Assembly: GCF_000485595.1 (NCBI RefSeq)
Contig: NW_014577064.1
Location: 370,479 to 434,478, forward strand
DNA length: 64,000 bases
Direction of reading: 5' to 3'
Source: Priapulus caudatus
Lineage: Eukaryota
The notes beneath the pieces are model-generated. The model saw only the letters and a program-made list of their open reading frames with translations. It made no database searches and was not told the DNA's origin. The number at the start of each line of letters is the position of its first letter. Position 1 is the first letter of the stretch. Positions 40,256 through 52,835 of the stretch are shown here, piece after piece. A program made the position numbers and the translations under genes.

Positions 40256-40460
40256 GCGTGTATCATAAGCCTGTAAACTGACAATGGGCTACTTAATGAC
40301 ACGCGATCTTACCATCGCTGTAAATAAAACTTACGCCCCCTGGCGGCTTCAGTGGGCGTGTATCATAAGCCCGTAAACTGATAATGGGCTATACTTAATG
40401 ACACGCAATCTTACCATCGCCGTAAACACAACTTACGCCCCCTGGCGGCTTCAGTGGGCG
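40256..40460. repeat. ~100-bp tandem duplication
   Basis: gcgtgtatcataagcc.gtaaactga...ctggcggcttcagtgg occurs twice. Confidence 0.9.
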
Positions 40461-40659
40461 TCGATGTGACACCACAACTTCTCGTTACTACGTAGTGCGT
40501 CGTGTGCTATAGATATCACCGGGAGCGCGTCGGCCAGTCTAATAATGTCTCTTCTTCATCCATACTGATTAGAACTGTTTTAGAACTGTTACTGGTTTGT
40601 ACTACATCATATCAGCTCACCTCGAAACTATTAATAATCTGGTTTATCACCAACTAGCA

Positions 40660-43600
40660 ACCGCCAACCGCAGCGTGTGTAGGTAGCACCGCAGCGCAGC
40701 GTGTGTAGGTAGCACCGCACCGCAGCGTGTGTAGGTAGCACCGCCCACCGCCAGCGTGTTTAGGTAGCCCACCGCAGCGTGGAGGTAGCCACGCAGGCGT
40801 GTGGTAGGTACACCGCCCAGCGCTGTGTATGCGAGCCACCGCACCGCAGCGTGTGTAGGCTAGCACCGCCAGCGTGTGTAGGCTCGCACCGCAGCGTGGT
40901 GTAGGAGCACCGCAGGTGTGGAGGTTAGCACCGCAGCGTGTGTAGCGGTAGCACCGCCCACCGCAGCGTTGTGGTAGCACCGCACCGCAGCGTGTGTTAG
41001 GTAGCACCGCCAAGCGTGTGTAGGTCAGGCACGCACCGCAGCGTGCGTGTAGGTAGCACCGCAGGCGTGTGTAGGTAGCCACCGCAGTCGGTGTACGGTA
41101 GCACCGCACCGCAGCGTGTTGTACGTAGCCCACCGCAGGTGCTGTAGTAGCACCGGCCCCACCGCTAGCGTGTGTAGTAGCACCGCAGGCGTGTGGGAGG
41201 TAGCACCCGCAGCGTGTGTAAGGTAGTGCCACCGCAGCGTGTGGAGCTAGCACCGCAGCGTGTGTAGTGTAGCCACGCCAGCGTGCTGTAGGTAGCACCG
41301 CAGCGTGTTGGTAGCGTAGCACCGCAGCGGTGTAGTATGCACCGCAGCCGTGTGTAGTAGCACCGCCAGCGTCTGTAGTAAGCCCACCGCAGCGTCGTGT
41401 GGTAGCACCGCCCAGCGTGTGGGTAGGTAGCCCCACCGCAGCGGTGTGTAGGGTAGCACGCGCAGCGTGTGTAGTCGTAGCACCGTCAGCCGCTGTGTAA
41501 GGCTAGCACGCACGCAGCGTGTGTAGGTAGCACCGCAGCGTGCTGTTGGTAGCACGCCAGGTTGTCAGGTAGCACCGCAGCGTGTGTAGGTACGACCGCA
41601 GTGTGTAGGTAGCACCGCAGGCGTGTTGTAGGTAGCACCGCAGCGTGGTGTAGCCGTAGCACCGCCACCGCAGCGTTTGGGAGGTAGCACCGCAGCGTGT
41701 GTCAGGGGTATGTGCACGCACCGCAGCGTGTGTAGGTAGCACCGAGCGGTGTAGGTAGCACCGCACCGCAGCGGTTTGGAGTAGCACTGCGCGTGGTGTA
41801 AGTGCACGCGCCAGCGCTGTGTAGGTAGCACCGCAGCGTTGTAGGTAGCACCGCAGCGTGCTAGGTAGCACCGGCAGCGTGTCGTAGGCTAGCACACCAG
41901 CAGCGCAGCGTGTGTAGGTCAAGCACCGCACGCAGCGTGTGTAGGTAGCCACCGCAGGGCGTGTGTAGGCTAGCACCGCCAGCGTGTGCTAGGTCAGCAC
42001 CGCAGCGTGTGTAGGCTAGCACGGCCACCGCAGCGTGTGTAGGTAGCGCACGCAGGCGTAGTGTTAGCGTAGCACCCGCAGCGTGCCTGTAGCGTAGCAC
42101 GCAGCGTTGTAGGTAGCAACGCGAGCGTGTGTAGGTAGCCACCGCAGCGTGTGTAGGTAGCACGCACCGCAGCGTGTGTAGGTAGCCACCGCAGCCGTGT
42201 GTTAGGTAGCACCTGCCAGCGTGTGTAGGTAGCACCGACCGCAGGTGTGTAGGTAGCAACCGCCAGCGTGTGTAGGTAGCACGCAGCCGTGTGTTAGGTA
42301 GGCCACCGCCAGCGTGTGTAGAGTGCACCGCAGGTGTGTAGGTAGCACCGCAGCGTGTGTAGTAGCACGCCCAGGCGTGTGTAGGTAGGACCGCAGCGGT
42401 GTGTTAGGTAGCACCGCCACGCAGCGTGTGTAGTAGCACCGCACCGCCAGCGCTGTGGTAGTAGCACGCAGGTGTGTAGTAGACACCGCAGCGTGTGTAG
42501 GTAGCACCGCAGCGTGTGTACGTAGCACCGCAGCGTGTGTAGGCTAGCACCGCACGCAGCGTGTGTAGGTAGCCGCCAGCGTGTGTATGGTAGACCGCCG
42601 CAGCGTGTGTAGGTAGCACCGCCAGCGTGGTGTAGTAGCACCGCAGCGTGATGTACGGGTAGCACCGCACCGCAGCTGTTGTAGGTAGCACCGCACCGCA
42701 GCGTGTGTAGGTAGCACCGCCACCGCAGCGTCGTGTGTAGCGTTAGTGCACCGCAGCTCGTGTTGTAGTAGCCCCGCACCGCAGCGGTGTAGGTAGCCAA
42801 CCGCAGCGTGGTGTAGCGTAGCACCGCAGCGTGCTGTAGGTAGCACCGCACCGCAGCGGTGTAGGTCAGACCGCAGCCGTTGTAGGTAGCACGAGCGTGT
42901 GTTAGGGTAGCCACGCAGGCAGCGTGTGGTAGGTAGCAGCCGCAGCTGGTGTAGGTAGCCACCGCACCGCAGCGTGTGTAGGTAGCACCGCCACCGGCCA
43001 GCGTGCTGGTAGGTAGCACCGCCACCGGCAGCGTGATGTAGGGTAGGCACCGCCACCGCAGCGTGGTAGGTAGCACCGCAGCCCGGTGTAGTTGCTAGCA
43101 CCGGCAGCGCTGTGTAGGTAGGCACCGCCAGCGCAGGTGTGTAGTAGCACCTGCAGCCCGTGTGTAGGTTAGCGCCGCCACCGCAGCGTGTGTAGGTGCA
43201 CCGCAGCGTGTGTAGGTAAGCACCGCAGGTGTGTAGGTGCACCGCACCGCCACGCGTGTGTAGGTAGCAACCGCAGCGTGTGTAGCTAGCACCGCAGCGT
43301 GTGTAAGTAGCCACCGCAAGCGCCGCGTGTGTAGCGTAGGCACCTGCAATATTGTGTAGTTAGCACCGCACCGCCAGGCTGTGTACGCTAGCACCGCCCA
43401 CCGCAGCGTGTGTAGGGGAGCCACGCCACCGCCAGGCGTGTTAGGTCAGCACCGCCCACCGCCAGCGTGTGTAAGGTAGCACTCGCACCGCAGCGTGTGT
43501 AGGTAGCCACCGCACCGCCAGCGTGTGTAGCGTAGCCAACCTCAGCGTGTGTAGGGTAGCACCGCACAGCGTGTGGTAGGGAGCACCGCCACCGCAAGCC

Positions 43601-46224
43601 GTGGGTAAGGTAGCACCGCACCGCAGCGTGGTTGTAGGTTAGCACCAGCAGTCGTGTGTAGGTAGCACCGCAGCGGTGCTGTACGGTAGCACGCCACCGC
43701 AGCGTGTGTAGGTTAGCACCGCAGCGTGTGTACGCGTAGACCCGCACCGCAGCGTGTGCTAGGTAGCCACCGCAGCGTGCTGTAGGGGAGCACGCCAGCG
43801 TGTGTAGGTAGCACCCAGCGTGTGTAGGGGGGGTTTGGCACGTCCCACCGCAGCGTGTGTAGGTAGCACCGCCAGCGTGTGTAGGTAGCCGCAACGCAGC
43901 GTGTGTAGTAGCACCGCAGCGTGTGGGGAGGTAGCACCGCAGCGCCAGCGTGTGTAGTAGCACCGCAGCGTGTGTAGATAGCACCGCAGCGTGATGTAGG
44001 TAGGCACCGCAGCGTGTGTAGTAGCACCCGCAGCGTGTGTAGTAGGCTCACCGCGCACCGCAGCCGAGCGCCTCAGTGTGTGGAGGTAGCACCTGCCCCA
44101 GGCCGCAGCGTGTGTAGGTCAAGCACCGCCAGCGTGTTCAGGTAGCACGCAGCGGGTGTAGGGAGTACCGCCACCGCAGGTGGGTAGGTAGACGCCACGC
44201 GTGTGAGGGTAGCACTCGCAAGCGTGTGGAGTAGCACCGGCAGCGTGTTGTAGGTAGCCGCCATCCGCAGGTGTGTAGGTAGCCCGCACCGCCAGCGTGT
44301 GTAGTAGCACCGCAGCGTGTGTAGGTAGCACGCAGCGTGTGTAAGTAGCCCGCACCGCAGCGTGTGTAGTAGCCCGCCCCGCAGCGTGTGGTAGGTAGCA
44401 CCGCAGGTGTGTAAGCGTAGCACCGCAGCGTGTGTAGGTAGCACCGCACCGCAGCGTGTGTAGGTTTACGCACGCGCAAGCGTTGTAGGTAGCACCGCAA
44501 GCGTGTGTAGGTAGCCCACCGCAGGCGTGTGTAGCTAGCACCGCAGCGTGTTGTAGGTATGCACCGCCGCAGGCGTGAGTTAAAGGTAGCACCGCACCGC
44601 AGCGTTGCTAGTAGCCACGCAGGCGTGTGTAGCGTAGCAACCGCACCGGCAGCGTGTGTAGGGGTAGCACCGCAGGCGTGTGGAGTAGCACCGCACCGCA
44701 GCTGTGTTAGGTAGCACCGCACCGCAGCGTGTGTAGGTTAGCACCGCCAGCGTGGTGAGGTAGCACCGCACCGCAGCGTGTGTCAGGTAGCACCGCAGGT
44801 GGTTGGTAGGTAGCACCGCCCCAGCGTGGTGTACGGTTAGCACCGCACGCAGTCGTGTGTAGGTAGCCCGACCGCAGCGTGTGTTAGGTAGCACCGCACC
44901 GCAGCGTGTGTTAGGTAGCACGCGCCACGCACGCGTGTGTAGGTTAGCACCGCAGCGTGTGGTAGGTAGCACCGACCGCAGGTGTGTAGGTAGCACCGCA
45001 CCGCAGCGTGTCGTAGTAGCACCGCATGGAGTGTGTCAGGTAGCACCGCCACCGGCAGCGTGTGTAGCTAGCAACCGCAGCGTGTGTAGGTAGCCACCGC
45101 CAGCGTGTGTAGGTAGCCCGCATGCGTGTGTAGGGTAGCCCACCGCACGCGTGTGTAGTGCACCGTCACCGCAGCGTGTGTTAGGCTAGCACGCACCGCA
45201 GCGTGTGTAGTAGCCACCGCACCGACAGCATGTGTAGGTAGCACCGCAAGCAGTGTGTAGGTAGCACGCAGCGTGGTGTAGGCTAGCACCGCCGAGCGTG
45301 TTGTTAGGTAGCACCGCACGCCAGCGTGTGTAGGTAGCCACCGCAGCGTGTGGTAGGTAGCCCACCGCACGCAGCGTGTGTAGTAGCACCTGCAGCGTGT
45401 GTAGGTAGCACCGCCAGCTGTGTAGGTAGCACCGAGCGTGGTGTAGGTGCACCGCACCGCCAGCGTGTGTAAGGTAGCACCGCAGCGTGTGGTAGCGTGA
45501 CACGCGCCGTGTGTAGTGCACCGCACGCCAGCGTGGTAGTAGCACCGCAGCGTGTGTAGTAGCACCGCCACCGGCCAGCGTTGTAGGTAGCCCCGCAGCG
45601 TGTGTAGTAGCACCGCTCAGCGTTGTGTAGGTAGCACCGGCAGCGTGTGTAGGGTTAGCACGCGCAGCGTGTGTAGGGGGCACGCCACCGCAGCGCCCCC
45701 CCCCCCCCCTGGGTAGGTTAGCACCGCAGGTGTGTAAGGTAGCACGCAGCGTGTGTAGGTTAGCCACCGCCCAGCGCAGCGTGGTGTAGGGTAGCCACCG
45801 CCAGCGTGTGTAGGTAGCACCGGCGCACCCGCGCGTGTGTAGGTAGCACCGGCACGCCCAGCGTGTCGTAGGTAGCCACCGCAGCGTGTGTAGGGTTAGC
45901 ACGCAGCGTGTGTTGTAGCCACCGCACGCAGGTGTAGGTAGCGACCGCAGCGTGTGTAGTAGCACCGCACCGCCAGGGTGTGTAGTAGCACGCAGGCCGT
46001 GTGTTAGGTAGCCCACCGCAGCGTGTTGTAGGTAGCACCGCACCGCAGCGTGTGTAGGTAGCACCGCAGCGTGTGTAGGTAGCACCGCAGCGTGTGTAGG
46101 TAGCACCGCAGCGTGTGTAGGTAGCACCGCAGCGTGTGTAGGTAGCACCGCACCGCAGCGTGTGTAGGTAGCACCGCAGCGTGTGTAGGTAGCACCGCAG
46201 CGTCTGTAGGTAGCACCGCAGCGT
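40660..46224. repeat. 5.5-kb satellite of a 21-bp unit GCAGCGTGTGTAGGTAGCACC with a 26-bp variant (+GCACC)
   Basis: Clean units at both ends (e.g. 46040-46222), indel-rich in between; accounts for all the LPTHAAV / CYLHTLR ORFs. Confidence 0.95.
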
Positions 46225-48697
46225 TATCGCAAGTAATTGATACACACCACGCATTGTCCGCCTTGTCTATAGCGTTTCTCGTCGGATGCACCCGCATTGT
46301 GGTGCGTCGTCGTGATAGCTGTTATCGCTCAGATTTCTTGTATCAGCTTCGATGTTATCGCCGCGTGTGTTCTCTCGTCGAACGTTGCCGCCTCGCCTGA
46401 GCCCACGCACGCGCGACGTGCGAGTGAACGCGAGAAGGATGAGAGATAGGTCGCGTTACGACGCGAGAACCATCCGTCTATAATATATTATAATCTATAA
46501 TAATGATAAATATAATAATATTTATAATTATAATATTAATAATTGATTATAATTGCCCCTGTCGTTGCAGACGTCGCGCATAAATCAAGACTCGCTAGTT
46601 GCGTCGGTACTTACATAGGGAGCGCTGGTGCCGTTAGTACGCTTCAGGAACCACGGTGGGAAATCATTTCCCATTGGCGGCCATACTTGCGAAAAAATTC
46701 CCATAAATCAGCAGAAGTGGTTTTGAGAAGTTACAATGCCATCCTCTGAATCCACGTCGCAAGTGACAGACACCATTATATGTTGTTAACTCAAAAATTC
46801 TTCCGTAATTTTTTTTGTAAACAAGCTTTTGCCGGCACACTTTCAAAATGGTCACTTTCCAATGTGAGTTTACGCGAAAAAGTAGGCTTCCTTCGCAAAT
46901 TCCCCCGGCCGCCCCAGCAACGCATCCCGGACGAGCCGCTTACACTGTCGGATTCAGCAAAGATTCTAGTTTCTGAAATTAACAACTGCAAAGAGTTCTA
47001 AGCTGTTCTCATGAGAAATAACAAATTCAAGCGCACGCATACACTCAAATACGATCTCATTCTTGAAATGATTCAGCGCTCGTTGGCTTATTTACCACCG
47101 TAATACCTTCACGCGTAATCATCGCGGCGAATCGAACAAAATTATTCGCAGCCAAAGCGATTACGAGAAAATGCAATGCGTTTGGGGTAATGTGGCATGC
47201 AGGGCAAAGAAGCCTTTAAGGTTTTCCAACTGAGGAAGCGGTTATCGCTGTGGATCGAGGCAGAGAGATTAAGGGCCGCAATAAGCGAAAGACGACAGCA
47301 TCAGCTGCTGTTATGCTGAATACTTCAGTAGCGCACGTAACGTGTTATACGGCGCGTTTCAGGTCGGCCTGCAGGTGGCAGTAAACGCTGTCACCATGGC
47401 GCCGCCGCCCCAGCTAAGTACAGGGTCAGACAGGGTATCGGTGCCGGCAGCAGAAAAGAGCTCATATCACGTCAAAGTTTCACATCCTAAACCGAAGCAG
47501 ACGTGCGCTCGTCCCCCTGGGAACTTTCGGGAAGTCAGGAAGCATTGCGAACGCAATGTTTAATATAAGATACACTAACCACCCAACACACACAGCGGCA
47601 TTTCTCATTGGTTTCGAATCCATTCGAAATGATTTGCTTTCAGAGCAGGGATGGGCAGCAATGACCTGTGCCCGACTTGTGTCAGTGACCGGTGGCCGTT
47701 ACGATTCATCACATTATGAGAGACAGTATTACATGCAGATCCTCTCTAGATCTCTCGACTCCTAACTCGTCACTAACGCTCTCGGTTTTTCAAATAAGCA
47801 TGTATCTCCGTGTTGTCTACACGTAACACGTACACGCGCAGAGTCCGCCTCTCGGGACGAGGAAATTGGTTTGTGACTGCATTCACGTTGTGTCAGCCCG
47901 TCATTCGCGTAGATTTGTTAGCTCGTCGAACCAGCAATTTTATAGCAAATTGCCTTTAAGACTCGATATACGCTGTCGTTCGAATAGCGAAATCTAAATT
48001 TGAAGGAAGGAGTGCACGTTTAGAAAAGCTCCATTTGGCAAAGTAATCAAGGCAATTATGTTGCCATGTACAGGTATACACGTGGCTGTATACGGGCACA
48101 TCTGCTTCTATATTCAGGCAAGTATTGTGTTATATGCTAACACTCTTAGCTAACTAAGTCTCTCTATCGACGCACATCCGTCCCAGTGGCTGCTAGATAT
48201 CGTCTGGTTTACTGAAAGTTACATTTGAGAACATATGACGTCGCCGGCGATATCATTCTTGATTTGCATCTAGACTTCGTTTTTCATTTATGTAAACTCT
48301 GTTACCGCTGGCTTCGTAGCGAAATGTTGCAGGAAATTAGTTTTCGATAAGATTCTCAGCTCTTCAAAGCGGCATATAGCAGCTATAGCTTACTATACGT
48401 ATAATATAGTAACTATACCGCCAGTAATATAAGTAACTATAGGTGGCGCCAGTACTTTTCACCTGTATGGAGACTAAATGAACGAATAACAGTAATAAGT
48501 ATTACAAGTATCGCATGGTATTTACACAGAAGTACGTGATATAGCAACCTATTTTCTACTCTTAGCATTACTATACTATATCGACGTTACAGATAGCGTA
48601 AGGAACAAAGCTCTGAATCTGCGGGCATACAAGGCACTAAGGGGCGAACATGTTTACGGTCGCTTGGCTGTGACAGCACGATGGCCTTCAGGCTGTG

Positions 48698-49026
48698 ACA
48701 GGCAGGCAGGCAGGCATGCATGCATGCAGGCAGTCAGGCAGTCAGGCAGGCAAGCGTGCATGCATGCATGCAGGCAGGCTGGCAAGCAGGCAGGTAGGCA
48801 GGCATGCATGCAGGCAGTCAGGCAGTCAGGCAGGCAAGCGTGCATGCATGCATGCATGCAGGCAGGCTGGCAAGCAGGCAGGTAGGCAGGCAGACAGGCA
48901 GGCAGGCAGGCAGGCAGGCGGGCAGGCAGACATGCAGGCAGGTAGGCAAGCATGCAAGCAGGCAGGCAGGCAGTCAAGCAGGCAGGCAGGCAAGCAGGCA
49001 TGAAGGCAGGCATGCAGGCAGGCATG

Positions 49027-49062
<36 letters not shown>

Positions 49063-49077
49063 CAAGCAGGCAGGCGG

Positions 49078-49109
<32 letters not shown>

Positions 49110-49274
49110 CAAGCAGGCAGGCAGGCAAGCAGGCTGGCAGACAAACAGACTGGCAGGCAGACATGCAGTCAAGCAGGCAGGCATGCAGGCAAGCAGGCAG
49201 GCAGGCATGCATGCAGGCATGCAGGCAGGCAGCCAGGCAGGCAGGCAGGCATGCAGGCAGGCAGGCAGGCAGGC
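48698..49274. repeat. (GCAG)n / (GCAT)n compound microsatellite; second tract 50735-51157
   Basis: Visible directly. Confidence 0.95.
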
Positions 49275-50804
49275 TGAGGTGATGCGCGGAAGCCTTTGCT
49301 GACGACTTCACTTTCAGACGCATCGTATTGTGCGGCGATGCGACGCAAGCACCCGTCATCGACTTCACTGCGTGTCGGCTGTCATTATTCCCGTTGACAT
49401 GAATGCTTCACTACGACACATCATATGTAACAACAGACGTTTTGGAGATCACGTTTGCTATTATCTGGCGAATAACGGGATGAGGCAGTGCATGGAGACG
49501 GGGGGAGGGAGCGCAGCGCGCGTCGCGACTTTGTCAGCACGCTGTGCGCGTCTGCGGCAAAGCATCTGTTCTCGTGCGCCGCTCTGTCATCGAGCTGATC
49601 GAATGCTACATAATATACCATGAACAAGATGATAAGGTATTCCTTACGCCACCAGGCGACGCTGCTAAATTTGTTCTGTATACTAGATACTATTCGGGAA
49701 CTCGAGTAGTAAACGCGTGAAAAGATTCACGATTCCATTTAACAGAGCAGTACACAATGTACACAATGTGGCGATTTTCATGTGCGTATCCGTTCCATTA
49801 CGTTATCATACTTATATATACAAACAATACAATACAATAGGGCCGTTTTTGTGACGCGTACGATTTCAGTTATGGAGCATTAAATCGGACGTTTCCGTCA
49901 CAGACAGTTACACGGATATGTTGCTCAGGTTTTAGAGTGGTTTTTGGAATGGAAAGTTCACGAACATTAGGAAACAAGTGAAGATATATATATATGGTAG
50001 GGCCGTTTTTGTGACGCGTACGATCTCAGTTATGGAGCATTAAATCGGACGTTTCCGTCACAGACAGTTACACGGATATGTTGCTCAGTTTTTAGAGTGG
50101 TTTTTGGAATGGAAAGTTCACGAACATTAGGAAACAAGTGAAATGTACGAACAATTCGAAATGGCTGCTCTTGTCGTAGCGCGCAGTGCACGTTGGGATA
50201 ACTCGCAGCGCATTCTAAGCATAGATAAGATATATACAAACACATAATTACGTTTGTTTACATCGTTATGTTCTAAGGTAGCGCCAGTTGTGACCACCAA
50301 TTGTCTGACATCACCAATTGTGTATTTGAAATGTGAGAGGGGAATTGCACATCAAGAGCACAAGTACTTGGAACGTTTCAATAACAAAAGAATGGTAAAT
50401 AAACACGAAATGTGTTTACTGCTAAACTACTCTATACGTTTCTCTACATCCTTTTACCTATTATTAGTAATAATTTCCTGTAAATGCCGTTTAAATGCTC
50501 CTGCCACGCCACTGCGCACAAACAACAGAAATAGAGCATATTTATACATCTCTGTATAATATATGTATATTCTTAATATTTATACACGATGGCGTGCGTG
50601 CCGTGAGATTGCGTGTTGCAAAAAAAGCATTTGAACAGCATTTATGTGGAATTTGTATAAATTGATATATATATACACGCACGCACGCACACACACATAT
50701 ATACATACCTACGTACGTACATANNNNNNNNNNGTGCAGGCAGGCATGCAGGCAGGCATGCAGGCAGGCATGCAGGCAGGCAGGCATGCAGGCAGGCAGG
50801 CATG

Positions 50805-50836
<32 letters not shown>

Positions 50837-51124
50837 CATGCAAGCAGGCAGGCAGGCAGGCAGGCAGGCATGCAGGCAGGCAGGCATGTAGGCAGGCAGG
50901 CATGCAGGCAAGCAGGCAGGCAGGCATGCATGCAGGCATGCAGGCAGGCAGGCAGGCAGGCAGGCAGGCATGCAGGCAGGCAGGCATGTAGGCAGGCAGG
51001 CATGCAGGCAGGCAGGCAGGCAGGCATGCATGCAGGCATGCAGGCAGGGAAGCAGGGAGGCATGCAGGCAGGGAAGCAGGGAGGCATGCAGGCAGGGAAG
51101 CAGGGAGGCATGCAGGCAGGGAAG

Positions 51125-51156
<32 letters not shown>

Positions 51157-52144
51157 CTGAGGTGATGCGCGGAAGCCTTTGCTGACGACTTCACTTTCAG
51201 ACGCATCGTATTGTGCGGCGATGCGACGCAAGCACCCGTCATCGACTTCACTGCGTGTCGGCTGTCATTATTCCCGTTGACATGAATGCTTCACTACGAC
51301 ACATCATATGTAACAACAGACGTTTTGGAGATCACGTTTGCTATTATCTGGCGAATAACGGGATGAGGCAGTGCATGGAGACGGGGGGAGGGAGCGCAGC
51401 GCGCGTCGCGACTTTGTCAGCACGCTGTGCGCGTCTGCGGCAAAGCATCTGTTCTCGTGCGCCGCTCTGTCATCGAGCTGATCGAATGCTACATAATATA
51501 CCATGAACAAGATGATAAGGTATTCCTTACGCCACCAGGCGACGCTGCTAAATTTGTTCTGTATACTAGATACTATTCGGGAACTCGAGTAGTAAACGCG
51601 TGAAAAGATTCACGATTCCATTTAACAGAGCAGTACACAATGTACACAATGTGGCGATTTTCATGTGCGTATCCGTTCCATTACGTTATCATACTTATAT
51701 ATACAAACAATACAATACAATAGGGCCGTTTTTGTGACGCGTACGATTTCAGTTATGGAGCATTAAATCGGACGTTTCCGTCACAGACAGTTACACGAAT
51801 ATGTTGCTCAGGTTTTAGAGTGGTTTTTGGAATGGAAAGTTCACGAACATTAGGAAACAAGTAAAGATATATATATATGGTAGGGACGTTTTTGTGACGC
51901 GTACGATTTCAGTTATGGAGCATTAAATCGGACGTTTCCGTCACAGACAGTTACACGGATATGTTGCTCAGTTTTTAGAGTGGTTTTTGGAATGGAAAGT
52001 TCACGAACATTAGGAAACAAGTGAAATGTACGAACAATTCGAAATGGCTGCTCTTGTCGTAGCGCGCAGTGCACGTTGGGATAACTCGCAGCGCATTCTA
52101 AGCATAGATAAGATATATACAAACACATAATTACGTTTGTTTAC
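49272..52144 (+). repeat. Near-identical ~990-bp direct duplication (49272-50261 = 51155-52144), each copy with an internal ~180-bp tandem
   Basis: Offset 1883; identical predicted ORFs; copies separated by an N-gap and followed by a 691-N gap. Confidence 0.93.
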
Positions 52145-52835
52145 NNNNNNNNNNNNNNNNNNNNNNNNNNNNNNNNNNNNNNNNNNNNNNNNNNNNNNNN
52201 NNNNNNNNNNNNNNNNNNNNNNNNNNNNNNNNNNNNNNNNNNNNNNNNNNNNNNNNNNNNNNNNNNNNNNNNNNNNNNNNNNNNNNNNNNNNNNNNNNNN
52301 NNNNNNNNNNNNNNNNNNNNNNNNNNNNNNNNNNNNNNNNNNNNNNNNNNNNNNNNNNNNNNNNNNNNNNNNNNNNNNNNNNNNNNNNNNNNNNNNNNNN
52401 NNNNNNNNNNNNNNNNNNNNNNNNNNNNNNNNNNNNNNNNNNNNNNNNNNNNNNNNNNNNNNNNNNNNNNNNNNNNNNNNNNNNNNNNNNNNNNNNNNNN
52501 NNNNNNNNNNNNNNNNNNNNNNNNNNNNNNNNNNNNNNNNNNNNNNNNNNNNNNNNNNNNNNNNNNNNNNNNNNNNNNNNNNNNNNNNNNNNNNNNNNNN
52601 NNNNNNNNNNNNNNNNNNNNNNNNNNNNNNNNNNNNNNNNNNNNNNNNNNNNNNNNNNNNNNNNNNNNNNNNNNNNNNNNNNNNNNNNNNNNNNNNNNNN
52701 NNNNNNNNNNNNNNNNNNNNNNNNNNNNNNNNNNNNNNNNNNNNNNNNNNNNNNNNNNNNNNNNNNNNNNNNNNNNNNNNNNNNNNNNNNNNNNNNNNNN
52801 NNNNNNNNNNNNNNNNNNNNNNNNNNNNNNNNNNN
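52145..52835. other. Assembly gap of 691 N; smaller gaps at 15360, 37765, 50724, 54210, 59429
   Basis: Runs of N. Confidence 1.

Noticed and set aside
40647..46297. Many long minus-strand ORFs (up to 320 aa) and a superficially CRISPR-like array
   Set aside because: They are translations of a 21-bp satellite. There are no unique spacers and no cas genes, and the context is eukaryotic.
46570..46750. Candidate exon after gtcgttgcAG
   Set aside because: No LRR pattern in any frame; the phase-2 frame hits a stop immediately.
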